Source of the DNA: an uncultured Gemmatimonadales bacterium
Lineage (GTDB): Bacteria; Gemmatimonadota; Gemmatimonadetes; Longimicrobiales; RSA9
Length of the DNA stretch: 64,000 bases
Direction of reading: 5' to 3'
NCBI GenBank assembly: GCA_963798085.1
Contig: CAWCRS010000001.1
Location: 96,001 to 160,000 of the forward strand
Below the pieces are notes generated by a model. The model was not told where the DNA came from. It did no database searches and saw nothing but the letters and a program-made list of their open reading frames with translations. The translations under genes were made by a program, and so were the position numbers. The number at the start of each line of letters is the position of its first letter. Position 1 is the stretch's first letter. Below, one piece after another: positions 49,901-58,674 of the stretch.

Positions 49901-50052
49901 ATTCTGGTGCCCCGCACCGTCACGCTCGCGTTGGCGATCGGCTGACCCTGCTCGTTCCTGACGATCCCCGTCACGCTCCCGGTGCCCTGCGCCTGCAGCG
50001 GACCTGCGGCCGCGAGGGCCAGAGTCAGGACGTACCTCCATGATCTCATCAT
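46996..50052 (-). CDS. SusC/RagA family TonB-dependent outer-membrane receptor
   Basis: Signal peptide, carboxypeptidase-regulatory-like domain, VVAVGYG, PLFVVDGVP, ILKDAAATAIYGSRGANGVVLITTK, NPNLGWE and C-terminal F. Confidence 0.96.
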   Translation of the reverse strand: MMRSWRYVLTLALAAAGPLQAQGTGSVTGIVRNEQGQPIANASVTVRGTRIGAVTSENGRYLLTEVPLGKRVVVASLIGYGDAQQEVEVATAPPANADFTLLVKAVQLEGVVAVGYGQLQRRAVTGSMATVTADKIHEVPTFNAVKAIQDRVPGVDITNAGNKPGDGVSIRIRGVRSISATNDPLFVVDGVPIAGGIGDFNPNDIVSIDILKDAAATAIYGSRGANGVVLITTKGAGAGGVATEFSAGMSYAGQRPYGLPALMNNDQYVAMLQAAAAYTGVSSDPQSLLNNVAYAAFQAGQHTNWQDVIERTGYQQDYRVGMRGNSGTTRFNISGDFFKQTGTAVGLQFNRTTGSASVDHVEGRLRLGVTANYAHSLQTVNGGDGLWGAARQQTGFGLAYDAGGALITNPDGDPLAYNPLKLVQGRVSQNRRDRMFASAFATFNLLDGVDLRVDFGPDYTQTSAGDFTGADVQFGGASYRTASYNQNTNFQYTLDNILQINRDIGSANHIDGTLLYGIGKTRFVFSNESSQHIPYDEALYYAIGQGDNYIANTGLTETALESYMGRLVYTLLNRYTVMGAVRRDGSSVLAPGRKWTTFPTVGVAWQVGDESFLRGVDWLNSLKLRASWGRTGNSAVSAYQTQGALSNGKINFGTTTAPAYYPNPNNPANPNLGWEKTAKTDAAVEFGLFGNRLTGSADWYRENTSDLLMTRSLPGTSGYTSALQNIGATRNQGIELQLSSINARNWHGLQWQTDLSWAHNRNEITALAFYSDTTACPREAPRCDANNGWYVGQPINTGGQTNPLNSNGAFTGDPQRRTWYDFKQIGVWQLGQEAEAAQFGSKPGQIRILDANGDGVITAADRVLQGNTYPKWTASMYNRFTYGDFDVSALAVIRWDYTIWDTFLPSLFGRYGQYVADYWTPTNPTNVNPSPNLNGNPLSYGDSRGYTSGSHWRIRNIQLGYTMPANMAKRFGASTARLYLTATEPYVHYKYSYFDPESGYAGGSPVYRTLLIGADVTF

Positions 50053-50458
50053 TCGGTCCTCGACAAAGAATGGGTGGAACAACTCCACTGCCTGCCGTGG
50101 TGAATCGCCCGTCGCTCCCGGTCCAAGGTGGGTGGCGCGCGCCCGAGCGCGTGGCGGAGCGCATGGGAAGGCGGCGCGTCCACGCAGCGGGGGCCGGTCC
50201 ACGCCTCCGGTGGAGGGCCATCGGAGCAACCCGGGAATCCTGACGCCATTGGCCGTCGCCGGTGTTGGCCGGAGCCGGCCCCGGGCCAGAGGTCAGGCGA
50301 AACGAAATCGGATCTGGGGCTCGTCACGGTCCCGGTCCGGACCGTCCCGAGGTGCATGTGGCCCCTTCGGGTCCTCGCCGGCACCGAGCCGGTCCGGACC
50401 TTTCGGTGGAGGACCCCATGTCGGCGCACCGGATCGTGGTGCGGACCCAAAAGTTCTT

Positions 50459-50514
50459 AGGTGACATTATCACCTCACGAAAGCCATGCTACTGTCCACC
50501 ACCGGACCTGTCAA
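50459..50514 (-). promoter_or_regulatory. susC promoter with downstream palindromic operator
   Basis: Minus-strand TTGACA (50514-50509)-N17-TAGCAT (50491-50486), and palindrome AGGTGA-CATTA-TCACCT at 50459-50475. Confidence 0.6.
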
Positions 50515-50910
50515 GAATTCTGGGATCCGCCTGCAACCCGCGATGCGGATGCCATACTGTGACCCGCCGCATGCGAGTGCGGGAGAATGCGCGCTCATGC
50601 GAAAACGCATGTCGTTACGGGAGCGCGGCGCTTCGGTTACCGGTGCGGCCAGAGGGGGGAGCGGTCTCGACGAGGACAGGAAGACTGTCGGCCACATCAT
50701 GGGCTGCGTATGCTGTCGCACGGCTCTCGCGAGACACGCGCCGCGTCCGGCTTCTGTCGAACCGGTCGCCTGGTGCGAGCGGCGCGGGCCACGTCGTGCG
50801 CCATCACCGCGGCCCACCTGACGCCCTGTCGCGCATCGCCGTCCATTCGTGAAGGTGGTCGACAGGGAGTGTGCGAGGCGGGTTCATCCGGTGGCTTCCT
50901 GGAGGAAACC

Positions 50911-53259
50911 GTGCGCCGAACGCTGCTTCTGCTTGTGTCGATCGCCGTGCTCGCGCGCGGCCTGGCCGGCCAGCAGAATGGGCCGCGCACCCTACCGCCA
51001 ATGGTCGACCCGGTGATCGACGAGGGTGCCGGCCCGTTCTCCTACTTCAGCCACCCGACCGACGTGATCGGCGTCATGGATGGCCGCGGCACGGAGGTGA
51101 CGCCCGAAGGCTGGCTCTACACCGGTTTCGGCGAGCTGATGTTCTTCGCCGGCCCCACACTAACACCGGTCGAGCAGCGCATCCGCACGTTGCGTGGCGG
51201 GTGGCTTCCGATCATCGAGTACGACGCGCAGCGCGGCGATGTCGCCTACCACTTCACGCTCTTCGCAGCCACGCTCAATGGACAGCCGGAGAGTCCGGTC
51301 GTCGACTTCGTGCGCGTGACGATGACGAACCGCGGCACCGCCCCCACGCGTGCACGCCTCGCCTTCGCGGTCCGCTACACCGCGCCATCCACGACGGGAA
51401 ACGGCGTCGGCGACAATCGCTTTCGCCGACCTGCCGCAGCCGCGCGCAAGGGTCAATACGAACAGCCGGGCACAGCGTTCGATACAGCGTGGACCTACGG
51501 TTTCGCGGATGGCGCGTTCCTGCGCGGGGGTCGTGTCATGTACCTCTATCCGACGACGCCGCAGCCGGAGCTGCGTGTGGTCATCGGGCAGGAGGGCTCC
51601 CGTGCGAGCAGCATTCCAGCGCGGCGGGTTCGCGTGCAGGAAACGACGCCCGTGGGTGTGACGGTCCGTGACACCGTGTTAGCGCCGGGCGCGTCGACTG
51701 ACATCGTCGTCAAGCTTCCCTGCACACCGGTTGCGCCGGACGACACGTTCCTGAATCAGGTGCGCGCGGCCGGCTTCGATGACTACCTGGCACGGACGGA
51801 GTCGTTCTGGCGCGGGATCGCGGCGCGCGGGATGCGCGTCTCCATCTCCGAGCGGAAAGTCGGGGACACGTTCAATGCCAGTCTCGTCTACAACCTGATC
51901 GCGCGCGACAAGCGCGGCGACGACTACGTCCAGACGGTGAACGAATTCCACTACCACGCGTTCTGGCTGCGCGATGCATCGTACATCGCGCGCGAGTACG
52001 ACGTGACGGGCTATCCCGACCTCTCGCGGCAGGTGCTCGACTTCTTCGCCGGCTGGCAGCAGCCGGATGGCAACTTCGTCAGCCAGGGCGGGCAGTACGA
52101 CGGCTGGGGCCAGACACTGTGGGCGTACGGACAGCATTATCGTCTCACGCGCGACCGTGTGTTTGCGGAGCGCGTGCTGCCTGCCGTTCGCCGTGCGGTG
52201 GACTGGCTGCGCACGGCGAGGGCCGGCGACTCGCTGCATCTGGTGCCGGCGACAACGCCAGGCGACAACGAAGAAATCACGGGACATGTCACCGGCCATG
52301 ACTTCTGGGCGCTCGCCGGGTTGCACGGCGCCATCGATCTCGCCGAGGCCGCCGGACATGCTGACGATGCTCGCGCGTTCCGGCGCGAGTACGATTCGCT
52401 GAAGCAAGCGTTGCTCGACCGGTTGCGTGTCGTGACGGCGTCGACCGGCGGGTACATCCCGCCCGGACTCGACAAGGCGGGCGGCTACGACTGGGGCAAC
52501 ATGATGGCGGTCTACCCGGAGCCGGTGCTCGATGCGCACGACGCGATGGTAACCGCGACGCTCGACACCACACGCGCGCGCTACGCCGAAGGCATCATGA
52601 CGTACGCGGACGGCTTCTATCTGCACGATTACCTGACCATGAAGAACACGGAGACCGAAGTGGTGCGCGGCGACCAGCAGAACGCGCTCGAGGAGTTGTA
52701 CGCCGTGCTCGTGCACACCAGCTCGACGCACGCCGGCTTCGAGTACACGGTCCGTCCCTGGGGCAACCGCGACTTCGGCGGCAACCTGTCGCCGCACGGC
52801 TGGTACGCCGCGAAGTACCGCGCACTGCTGCGCGACATGCTCGTACGCGAAGCGGGGAGCGAGCTGCACCTGCTGTCCGTGCTTTCGCCGGCATGGCTGA
52901 ACACCGGCGACAGCGTAACCGTGCGCGCTGCGCCCACCGAATTCGGGACGATCGGCTTCGCCCTCGATATGCGCTCGGACAGCGCGGCGTCACTAACGCT
53001 GGATTCGCACTTCGCGCGCAATCCGTCAGCGATCGTGCTGCACCTGCCCTGGTTCATGGAAACGCGCAGCGCCACGGCCAATGGCAGGAAGCTCGCGATC
53101 CGCGCGGGCCAGATCCGGCTGTCTCCCGGAACCCGTCGCGTCGAGCTGACGTGGCGCCGGCAGCCGGACACGCCGTCGCTCAGCTATGACGCGGCCGTGC
53201 GTGACTACAAGCAGGAATACCGGCGACGCTGGGAAGCGTGGCTGCGCGGCAGCCGCTGA
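50911..53259 (+). CDS. Secreted (alpha/alpha)6-barrel glycoside hydrolase-like protein, family unassigned
   Basis: GGAGG then GTG, signal peptide, YHAFWLRDASY, QYDGWGQTLW, HDFWALAGL and PHGW, typical of six-hairpin glycosidases. Confidence 0.7.
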   Translation: MRRTLLLLVSIAVLARGLAGQQNGPRTLPPMVDPVIDEGAGPFSYFSHPTDVIGVMDGRGTEVTPEGWLYTGFGELMFFAGPTLTPVEQRIRTLRGGWLPIIEYDAQRGDVAYHFTLFAATLNGQPESPVVDFVRVTMTNRGTAPTRARLAFAVRYTAPSTTGNGVGDNRFRRPAAAARKGQYEQPGTAFDTAWTYGFADGAFLRGGRVMYLYPTTPQPELRVVIGQEGSRASSIPARRVRVQETTPVGVTVRDTVLAPGASTDIVVKLPCTPVAPDDTFLNQVRAAGFDDYLARTESFWRGIAARGMRVSISERKVGDTFNASLVYNLIARDKRGDDYVQTVNEFHYHAFWLRDASYIAREYDVTGYPDLSRQVLDFFAGWQQPDGNFVSQGGQYDGWGQTLWAYGQHYRLTRDRVFAERVLPAVRRAVDWLRTARAGDSLHLVPATTPGDNEEITGHVTGHDFWALAGLHGAIDLAEAAGHADDARAFRREYDSLKQALLDRLRVVTASTGGYIPPGLDKAGGYDWGNMMAVYPEPVLDAHDAMVTATLDTTRARYAEGIMTYADGFYLHDYLTMKNTETEVVRGDQQNALEELYAVLVHTSSTHAGFEYTVRPWGNRDFGGNLSPHGWYAAKYRALLRDMLVREAGSELHLLSVLSPAWLNTGDSVTVRAAPTEFGTIGFALDMRSDSAASLTLDSHFARNPSAIVLHLPWFMETRSATANGRKLAIRAGQIRLSPGTRRVELTWRRQPDTPSLSYDAAVRDYKQEYRRRWEAWLRGSR

Positions 53260-53266
53260 GAGTGTA

Positions 53267-54127
53267 TCAGCGTGGCAGCGTGCGGCCGACCAGCACGGTG
53301 ACATTGTCGGTGCCGCCGCCTTCGAGCGCGTCGGCGATCAGCTGCTCCGCGACCTGGCGGGCGCTGGTCATCGTCCTGAGCCGCTCCCGGATGCGGGCGT
53401 CCGATACGTGCCGCGTCAGCCCGTCGCTGCAGAGCAGGACAACGGTGCCCCAGTCGCGCACCACGCGCGTCACCACGGGCGCCGCCTGGTGCCCGCCAAT
53501 CGCGCTGGACAGCACGTGCGCCCAACGGCTCCGCTCCGCCACCGTCCGCGACATTACGCCACTGTCGATGAAATCCTGCGCAATGGTCTGGTCGCGCGTG
53601 ATCTGCGTCAGTTCACCATCGCGCAGCACGTAGCAGCGGGAGTCTCCCACCTGCAGCAGATACGCCTGCGGCCAGAGCCCCAGGAACAGCGTGAGTGTGG
53701 TGGCGAATCGCCGGTCGCCGCCTTCTTCGCGTGCGCGCAGCAGCAGGGCCTCGTGACACGAGAGCGCGGCCTCCTGCAGCAGGCGCGAGAACACGTCCGG
53801 GTCGTCCGGTTCGTCGACACCGGCCTCGAAGAAGCGCGCCACGGCATCGGTCAGTTCGCGCACGGCGACACGCGCCGCCTCATCCCCATCGGATACGCCG
53901 CCCGCGCCGTCCGCGACCACCGCCAGTGAAGCCAGCCGCTCCACCCCGTCCGGCAGCTGCTGATCCTCCACGGCGCTCACGGCCTCCACGCGATCCTTCC
54001 GGGCCAGGCCACCGACGAAGAAATGGTCCTGGTTGTCCTTCCGAACGTAGCCCTGGTGGCTCGCGCCCCATGCGTCGATGTCGGCAAACTGCGGGCGGGC
54101 AGTCCGCCCCGGTTCATTCCCGCTCAT
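53267..54127 (-). CDS. PP2C-family Ser/Thr protein phosphatase
   Basis: SHQGYVRKDNQD, VADGAGG, ATTLT, VGDSRCY, LLCSDGL and GGTDNVT. Confidence 0.95.
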   Translation of the reverse strand: MSGNEPGRTARPQFADIDAWGASHQGYVRKDNQDHFFVGGLARKDRVEAVSAVEDQQLPDGVERLASLAVVADGAGGVSDGDEAARVAVRELTDAVARFFEAGVDEPDDPDVFSRLLQEAALSCHEALLLRAREEGGDRRFATTLTLFLGLWPQAYLLQVGDSRCYVLRDGELTQITRDQTIAQDFIDSGVMSRTVAERSRWAHVLSSAIGGHQAAPVVTRVVRDWGTVVLLCSDGLTRHVSDARIRERLRTMTSARQVAEQLIADALEGGGTDNVTVLVGRTLPR

Positions 54128-54413
54128 GGCTTCGTCTCTCCGGCCGGTCGTCCGCCACCAGTTCGCGGCCGTCCTGCCGCAGACGAAGCGGCCGCCTCCT
54201 GACAGCGGTCATAATACGGCGGCGCCATTGGCTCACAAACCCGGCGCGCCCGGCCACGGCTTCGAGAGCTGCGCCGGGCCCGCTCCCCGCAAAGGGCCGC
54301 ACCCGGTTGCCCGCTGTTCTCTGGCGAAGCGGACGCGCACGTGCAACGATGCAACGCGCACGTGTCCGTTCCGCCACCCGGTAATCGTGCCCGCATCCGC
54401 ACCAGGGGCTGCC

Positions 54414-56132
54414 ATGACCGATCACCCGAGCCGCAGAAGCTTCATGGGTCTCACCGCCGCAACCGTGGCCGGCATGCTGACGCCGCGCTGGCTGCGCAAC
54501 GGCCCGACTAACGGCGTGCAAGGTGCGGATCCCGAGCTGATCGTCCTGAACGCCAGAGTCTGGACGGTAGATCCGGCATCGCCCCGGGCCGAGGCGTTCG
54601 CGGTCAGCGGCGGGCGCTTCGTCGCGGTCGGAAGCACGGCCGACATCAGGGGCCTGACCGGCAAACGCACGCAGACTTTCGACGCGAAAGGGATGACCAT
54701 CGTCCCCGGCTTCATCGACTGCCACAATCACGCCGGCGGCACCACGCTTCTCTACGAAGTGCTCGTCGGCAATCCATTCGAAGTCGAGTTCGTGACCATC
54801 GCCAGCATCGTGGACAAGCTTCGTGCGAAAGCACGCGAGACACCGCCGGGCACGTGGGTGGAGGGCTACTTCTTCGACGATACCAAGCTCCAGGACAAGC
54901 GCCCGCTCAACCGTCACGACCTCGACCAGGTTTCGACGGCGCATCCGGTCGTGGTGCGGCATCGCGGCGGGCACACATCGTTCTACAACAGCAAGGCGCT
55001 CGAGCTGGCCCACATCACGAGGGATACGCCGAATCCGCCGGGCGGCACCTTCGATCGCGATGCCGGTGGCGAACCGAATGGCCGGGTGACGGATCGCGCC
55101 AACGGCGCATTCAACGGCGTCGGCCGACGACCCGAGTTCACCGCGGAGCAGCGCGCCGAGCGCGACCGCGATGGGCTGGCGTACATCTCGAAGCAATTCG
55201 TGCGCTACGGCCTGACGAGCGTGCATCACGAGGGCGGCGACCTTTCCGCACTGCAGGATGTCCGCGCTCGGGGCGACCTGCTGCACCGCGTGAGCTACGA
55301 GTCGAGCGGCCGGGTTCTGGACTCGATGATGGCGAGCGGCATCAGGACGGGGTTCGGTGACGAGTGGATCAGACTGGGCGCCACATCCGAGCACACCGTG
55401 GACGGCTCCTTCTCCGAGCGCACCATGGCGCTCAGCACACCGTATCCCGACAGCCAGCCGCCCTACAAGGGCAACATCACGGAAACGCAGGAGGATCTGA
55501 ATGCGTGGGTCGAACGCGTGCACCGGGCGGGCATCCAGGTGAACTGTCACGCCAATGGCGATGTCGCCATCGACATGTATCTCACGGCCATCGAGCGCGC
55601 GCAGAAACTGTTCCCTCGCCGCGATGCACGGCCCAAGATCACGCACTGCACGCTCATCAACGACGACCTGGTGGGCCGCATCAGGGCCGTGGGCGCGGTA
55701 CCCGCGATGTTCACGACGTACGCGTACTACAACAGCGACAAGTTCGTGTTCTACGGCGAAGAATTGATGCGGCGCTGCATGGCCTACCGCACGCTGCTCG
55801 ACGCAGGCGTGCCTGCGGCGGCCGGCTCCGATTTCGCCCCCGGCCCGTTCGCGCCGCTCATGGGCATCCAGGGCATGGTGACGCGCACGGGCTGGGATGG
55901 AAAGACGTGGGGCGCGAACCAGCGCATCAGCGTGGATGACGCGATCCGCGTGAACACGCTCAATGGCGCGTACGCATCGCTCGAGGAAACGCTCAAGGGC
56001 TCGATCACGGCGGGCAAGCTCGCGGACTTCGTCGTGCTCGCGGAGGATCCGCATGCGGTGCCCGCGGAAAAGATCAAGGACATCACGATCGTGCGCACGG
56101 CGGTGGGTGGCAGGACCGTGTACGCCGCATAG
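54414..56132 (+). CDS. Tat-exported amidohydrolase (Amidohydro_3/YtcJ-like)
   Basis: SRRSFMG Tat motif, PGFIDCHNH, HANGD, ITHC, GSD and KGSITAGKLADFVVL. Confidence 0.92.
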   Translation: MTDHPSRRSFMGLTAATVAGMLTPRWLRNGPTNGVQGADPELIVLNARVWTVDPASPRAEAFAVSGGRFVAVGSTADIRGLTGKRTQTFDAKGMTIVPGFIDCHNHAGGTTLLYEVLVGNPFEVEFVTIASIVDKLRAKARETPPGTWVEGYFFDDTKLQDKRPLNRHDLDQVSTAHPVVVRHRGGHTSFYNSKALELAHITRDTPNPPGGTFDRDAGGEPNGRVTDRANGAFNGVGRRPEFTAEQRAERDRDGLAYISKQFVRYGLTSVHHEGGDLSALQDVRARGDLLHRVSYESSGRVLDSMMASGIRTGFGDEWIRLGATSEHTVDGSFSERTMALSTPYPDSQPPYKGNITETQEDLNAWVERVHRAGIQVNCHANGDVAIDMYLTAIERAQKLFPRRDARPKITHCTLINDDLVGRIRAVGAVPAMFTTYAYYNSDKFVFYGEELMRRCMAYRTLLDAGVPAAAGSDFAPGPFAPLMGIQGMVTRTGWDGKTWGANQRISVDDAIRVNTLNGAYASLEETLKGSITAGKLADFVVLAEDPHAVPAEKIKDITIVRTAVGGRTVYAA

Positions 56133-56180
56133 CACGGCGCGGAGGTAGCGGCCCGGAGTACCCAGCGCCAGATTCGGGTC

Positions 56181-56738
56181 ATGACCACGTCGGATCCGTC
56201 CATGCGCAAGTGGTATCTCCAGCCGGAGACCTTCATTGCCCTGGCCGCGCTGGTCGTCAGCGTCTCGGCGGTGGTCGTCGGCATCTATGAGGCCGCGCTG
56301 CAGCGGCGGCACGATCGCGCGGAGGTGTGGCCCAACCTCGAGGTCCAGACCTGGATCGACGACAAGGGGGCCAGGGTGACGCTCGAGAACACGGGCGTCG
56401 GGCCTGCCATCGTGGTCTCCGCCATGGCCACAGTCGACGGGCAGGCGCGACACGGCTGGCTCGACGTGATCCGCGCGCTCACCGACTCCACGCACGCGTA
56501 CGAAATCACCACGGTCGTCGGCCACAGCCTGCGGGCCGGCGAATCCGCGACGCTCATCGGGCTCCCGACTGCTGCATTGCATACCCCGTTCTATCCCTGG
56601 ATCGGGCGTGTGAAGGTGCGCATGTGCTACCGCTCCATCTTCGATGATTACTGGGAGGTCGATGCGCAGCTCGGCGTGGGCGGCCACGCGCTGAAGGTGA
56701 AAGGCTGCGCGGCGCAGCCCGACAGTACGGATTTCTGA
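56181..56738 (+). CDS. Hypothetical membrane-anchored protein
   Basis: N-terminal TM, VWPNL, LENTGVGPAIV and CYRSIFDDYW. Confidence 0.7.
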   Translation: MTTSDPSMRKWYLQPETFIALAALVVSVSAVVVGIYEAALQRRHDRAEVWPNLEVQTWIDDKGARVTLENTGVGPAIVVSAMATVDGQARHGWLDVIRALTDSTHAYEITTVVGHSLRAGESATLIGLPTAALHTPFYPWIGRVKVRMCYRSIFDDYWEVDAQLGVGGHALKVKGCAAQPDSTDF

Positions 56739-56780
56739 CCCTCGAGCGGCGGACCTCATGCCTTTACCCGTCACCGGGCA

Positions 56781-58475
56781 TTGACTTCACGCCGTGAGTT
56801 CGTCGAGCGCGCCGCGCTTTCCGGCATTGCCCTGATGCTGCGGCGCGGTGCGACCGCGCCTGCCGCTTCTGCAGCGTCTGCGCAGCACGGATTCCTCAGC
56901 CTGCTGCGACCGCCTGACAGCGTGTTCGTGCAGATCACCGATGCGGACCTGGCGCTGCGGCGGGAGAGCGGAGAGCAGTGGTCGGGTGAGAACGGCATTC
57001 GGGTGGCGACGACGCCGCTCGCCGGCATCCTGCGCGTGTCGCTCGCGTCTCCCGCCGCCGCGATTCGGCGGCTGCGTCTCCGCTGGCAAGGCGATCTGAG
57101 CGACACGCGACTGATTCTGGGCGATGCGTGGGAACGCGCGTACGGCGATCTCGAGTGGCACGCATGGGTGCCGGACCGCGTCATGCCGTGGTACTTCCTG
57201 GCGTACGATGGCGCGCGCACGCACGGCTACGGCGTGCGCACGGGCGCGCGCGCATTCTGCTGGTGGCAGGCCGATCCGCGCGGCATCACGCTGTGCGCGG
57301 ATGTGCGTAGTGGCGCCGCCGGTGTGCTGCTGGGCGAGCGCACGCTCGAGGTCTGCGACGTGGTGTGCCGGGCGGGTCATGGCGGCGAGAGCGCGTTCGC
57401 CGCGCAGCACGCGTTCTGCCGCCAGATGTGCCCGCAGCCGCGCCTCCCGCCTGACCCGGTGTTCGGCAGCAACGACTGGTATTGGGCGTACGGCCGGAAC
57501 AGTGGGGAAACCGTGCGCACCGATTCGGCCCACATCGTCGAGCTGTCCCCCGCCGGTACTAACCGGCCGTTTGCCGTGATCGACGATGGCTGGCAACCCG
57601 GCCGTGGCGCCGACAAGGCGGGCGCCGGCGACTGGGACCGCGGTAACGACAAGTTCGGCGACATGGCTGTGCTTGCCGCCGATGTTCGCCAGGCGGGTGC
57701 GCGCCCCGGCATCTGGATACGCCCGCTGCAGGCGCCGGCGCACGCGCCCGACAGCTGGCGCCTGTCACGCGATCGCAACGTGCTGGACCCGACCCTGCCC
57801 GATGTGCTGCAGAAGGTCCGCGATGACATTGCGCGCATGCGGCAGTGGGGATTCCAGCTGATCAAGCACGACTACACAACGTTCGACATCTTCGGCCGCT
57901 GGGGATTCCAGATGGGCGACGCGCTGACACGCGATGGCTGGAGCTTCGCGGCCGGCACGGATCGCACGACAGCCGAGGTGATCGATCAGCTGTATGCAAC
58001 CATCCGTGCCGCCGCAGGCGACAGCCTCATCATTGGCTGCAACACCGTGAGTCACCTGTCCGCCGGCCGTTTCGAGATCTGCCGGATCGGCGATGACACG
58101 AGCGGCACCGAGTGGGCGCGCACGCGCAGGATGGGCGTCAACTCGCTCGCGTTCCGCGGCGCGCAGCACGGCGCGTTCTACGTTGCTGATGCGGATTGTG
58201 TGGGCGTGACCAACGCCGTGCCCTGGAGTCTCACCCGTCAGTGGCTGGATCTGCTGGCGAGGAGCGGCACCATGCTGTTCGTGTCGCTCGCGCCGGATGC
58301 GCTGGGCCAGGCGCAGCGCGCGGACCTGCAAGCCGCACTCGCGCTCGCGGCGTTGTCGCAACCACTGGGAGAGCCGCTGGACTGGCAGCGCACCGTGTAC
58401 CCCGAGCACTGGCGCCTCATGGGCCGGGAGCGCGCCTTCGAATGGGTCGATGCCGATGGTGTCGGCTGGCAGTGA
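56781..58475 (+). CDS. Tat-exported clan GH-D (GH36/GH27-like) glycosidase, alpha-galactosidase-like
   Basis: SRREFV Tat motif, NDWY, VIDDGWQ, PGIW, LIKHDY (nucleophile) and RIGDD (acid/base). Confidence 0.8.
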   Translation: MTSRREFVERAALSGIALMLRRGATAPAASAASAQHGFLSLLRPPDSVFVQITDADLALRRESGEQWSGENGIRVATTPLAGILRVSLASPAAAIRRLRLRWQGDLSDTRLILGDAWERAYGDLEWHAWVPDRVMPWYFLAYDGARTHGYGVRTGARAFCWWQADPRGITLCADVRSGAAGVLLGERTLEVCDVVCRAGHGGESAFAAQHAFCRQMCPQPRLPPDPVFGSNDWYWAYGRNSGETVRTDSAHIVELSPAGTNRPFAVIDDGWQPGRGADKAGAGDWDRGNDKFGDMAVLAADVRQAGARPGIWIRPLQAPAHAPDSWRLSRDRNVLDPTLPDVLQKVRDDIARMRQWGFQLIKHDYTTFDIFGRWGFQMGDALTRDGWSFAAGTDRTTAEVIDQLYATIRAAAGDSLIIGCNTVSHLSAGRFEICRIGDDTSGTEWARTRRMGVNSLAFRGAQHGAFYVADADCVGVTNAVPWSLTRQWLDLLARSGTMLFVSLAPDALGQAQRADLQAALALAALSQPLGEPLDWQRTVYPEHWRLMGRERAFEWVDADGVGWQ

Positions 58476-58674
58476 CAGCGATAGCGGACACGCGCGGATT
58501 CCTTAGCGCATGTTCGCGTCCTGGCTGGGGATCAGCCGGAGACGCTGAGCCGCGCCCGGCGCCGGCTCAAGCCGGAACGGTCGCCGCTCCTGATCCGATC
58601 AGTGACCGGGCTACGACACCGTGTTAGCTTGGACTTCGATCCAGCCCGATCCGCCGTCTCAGCCGGAGGCCGAT

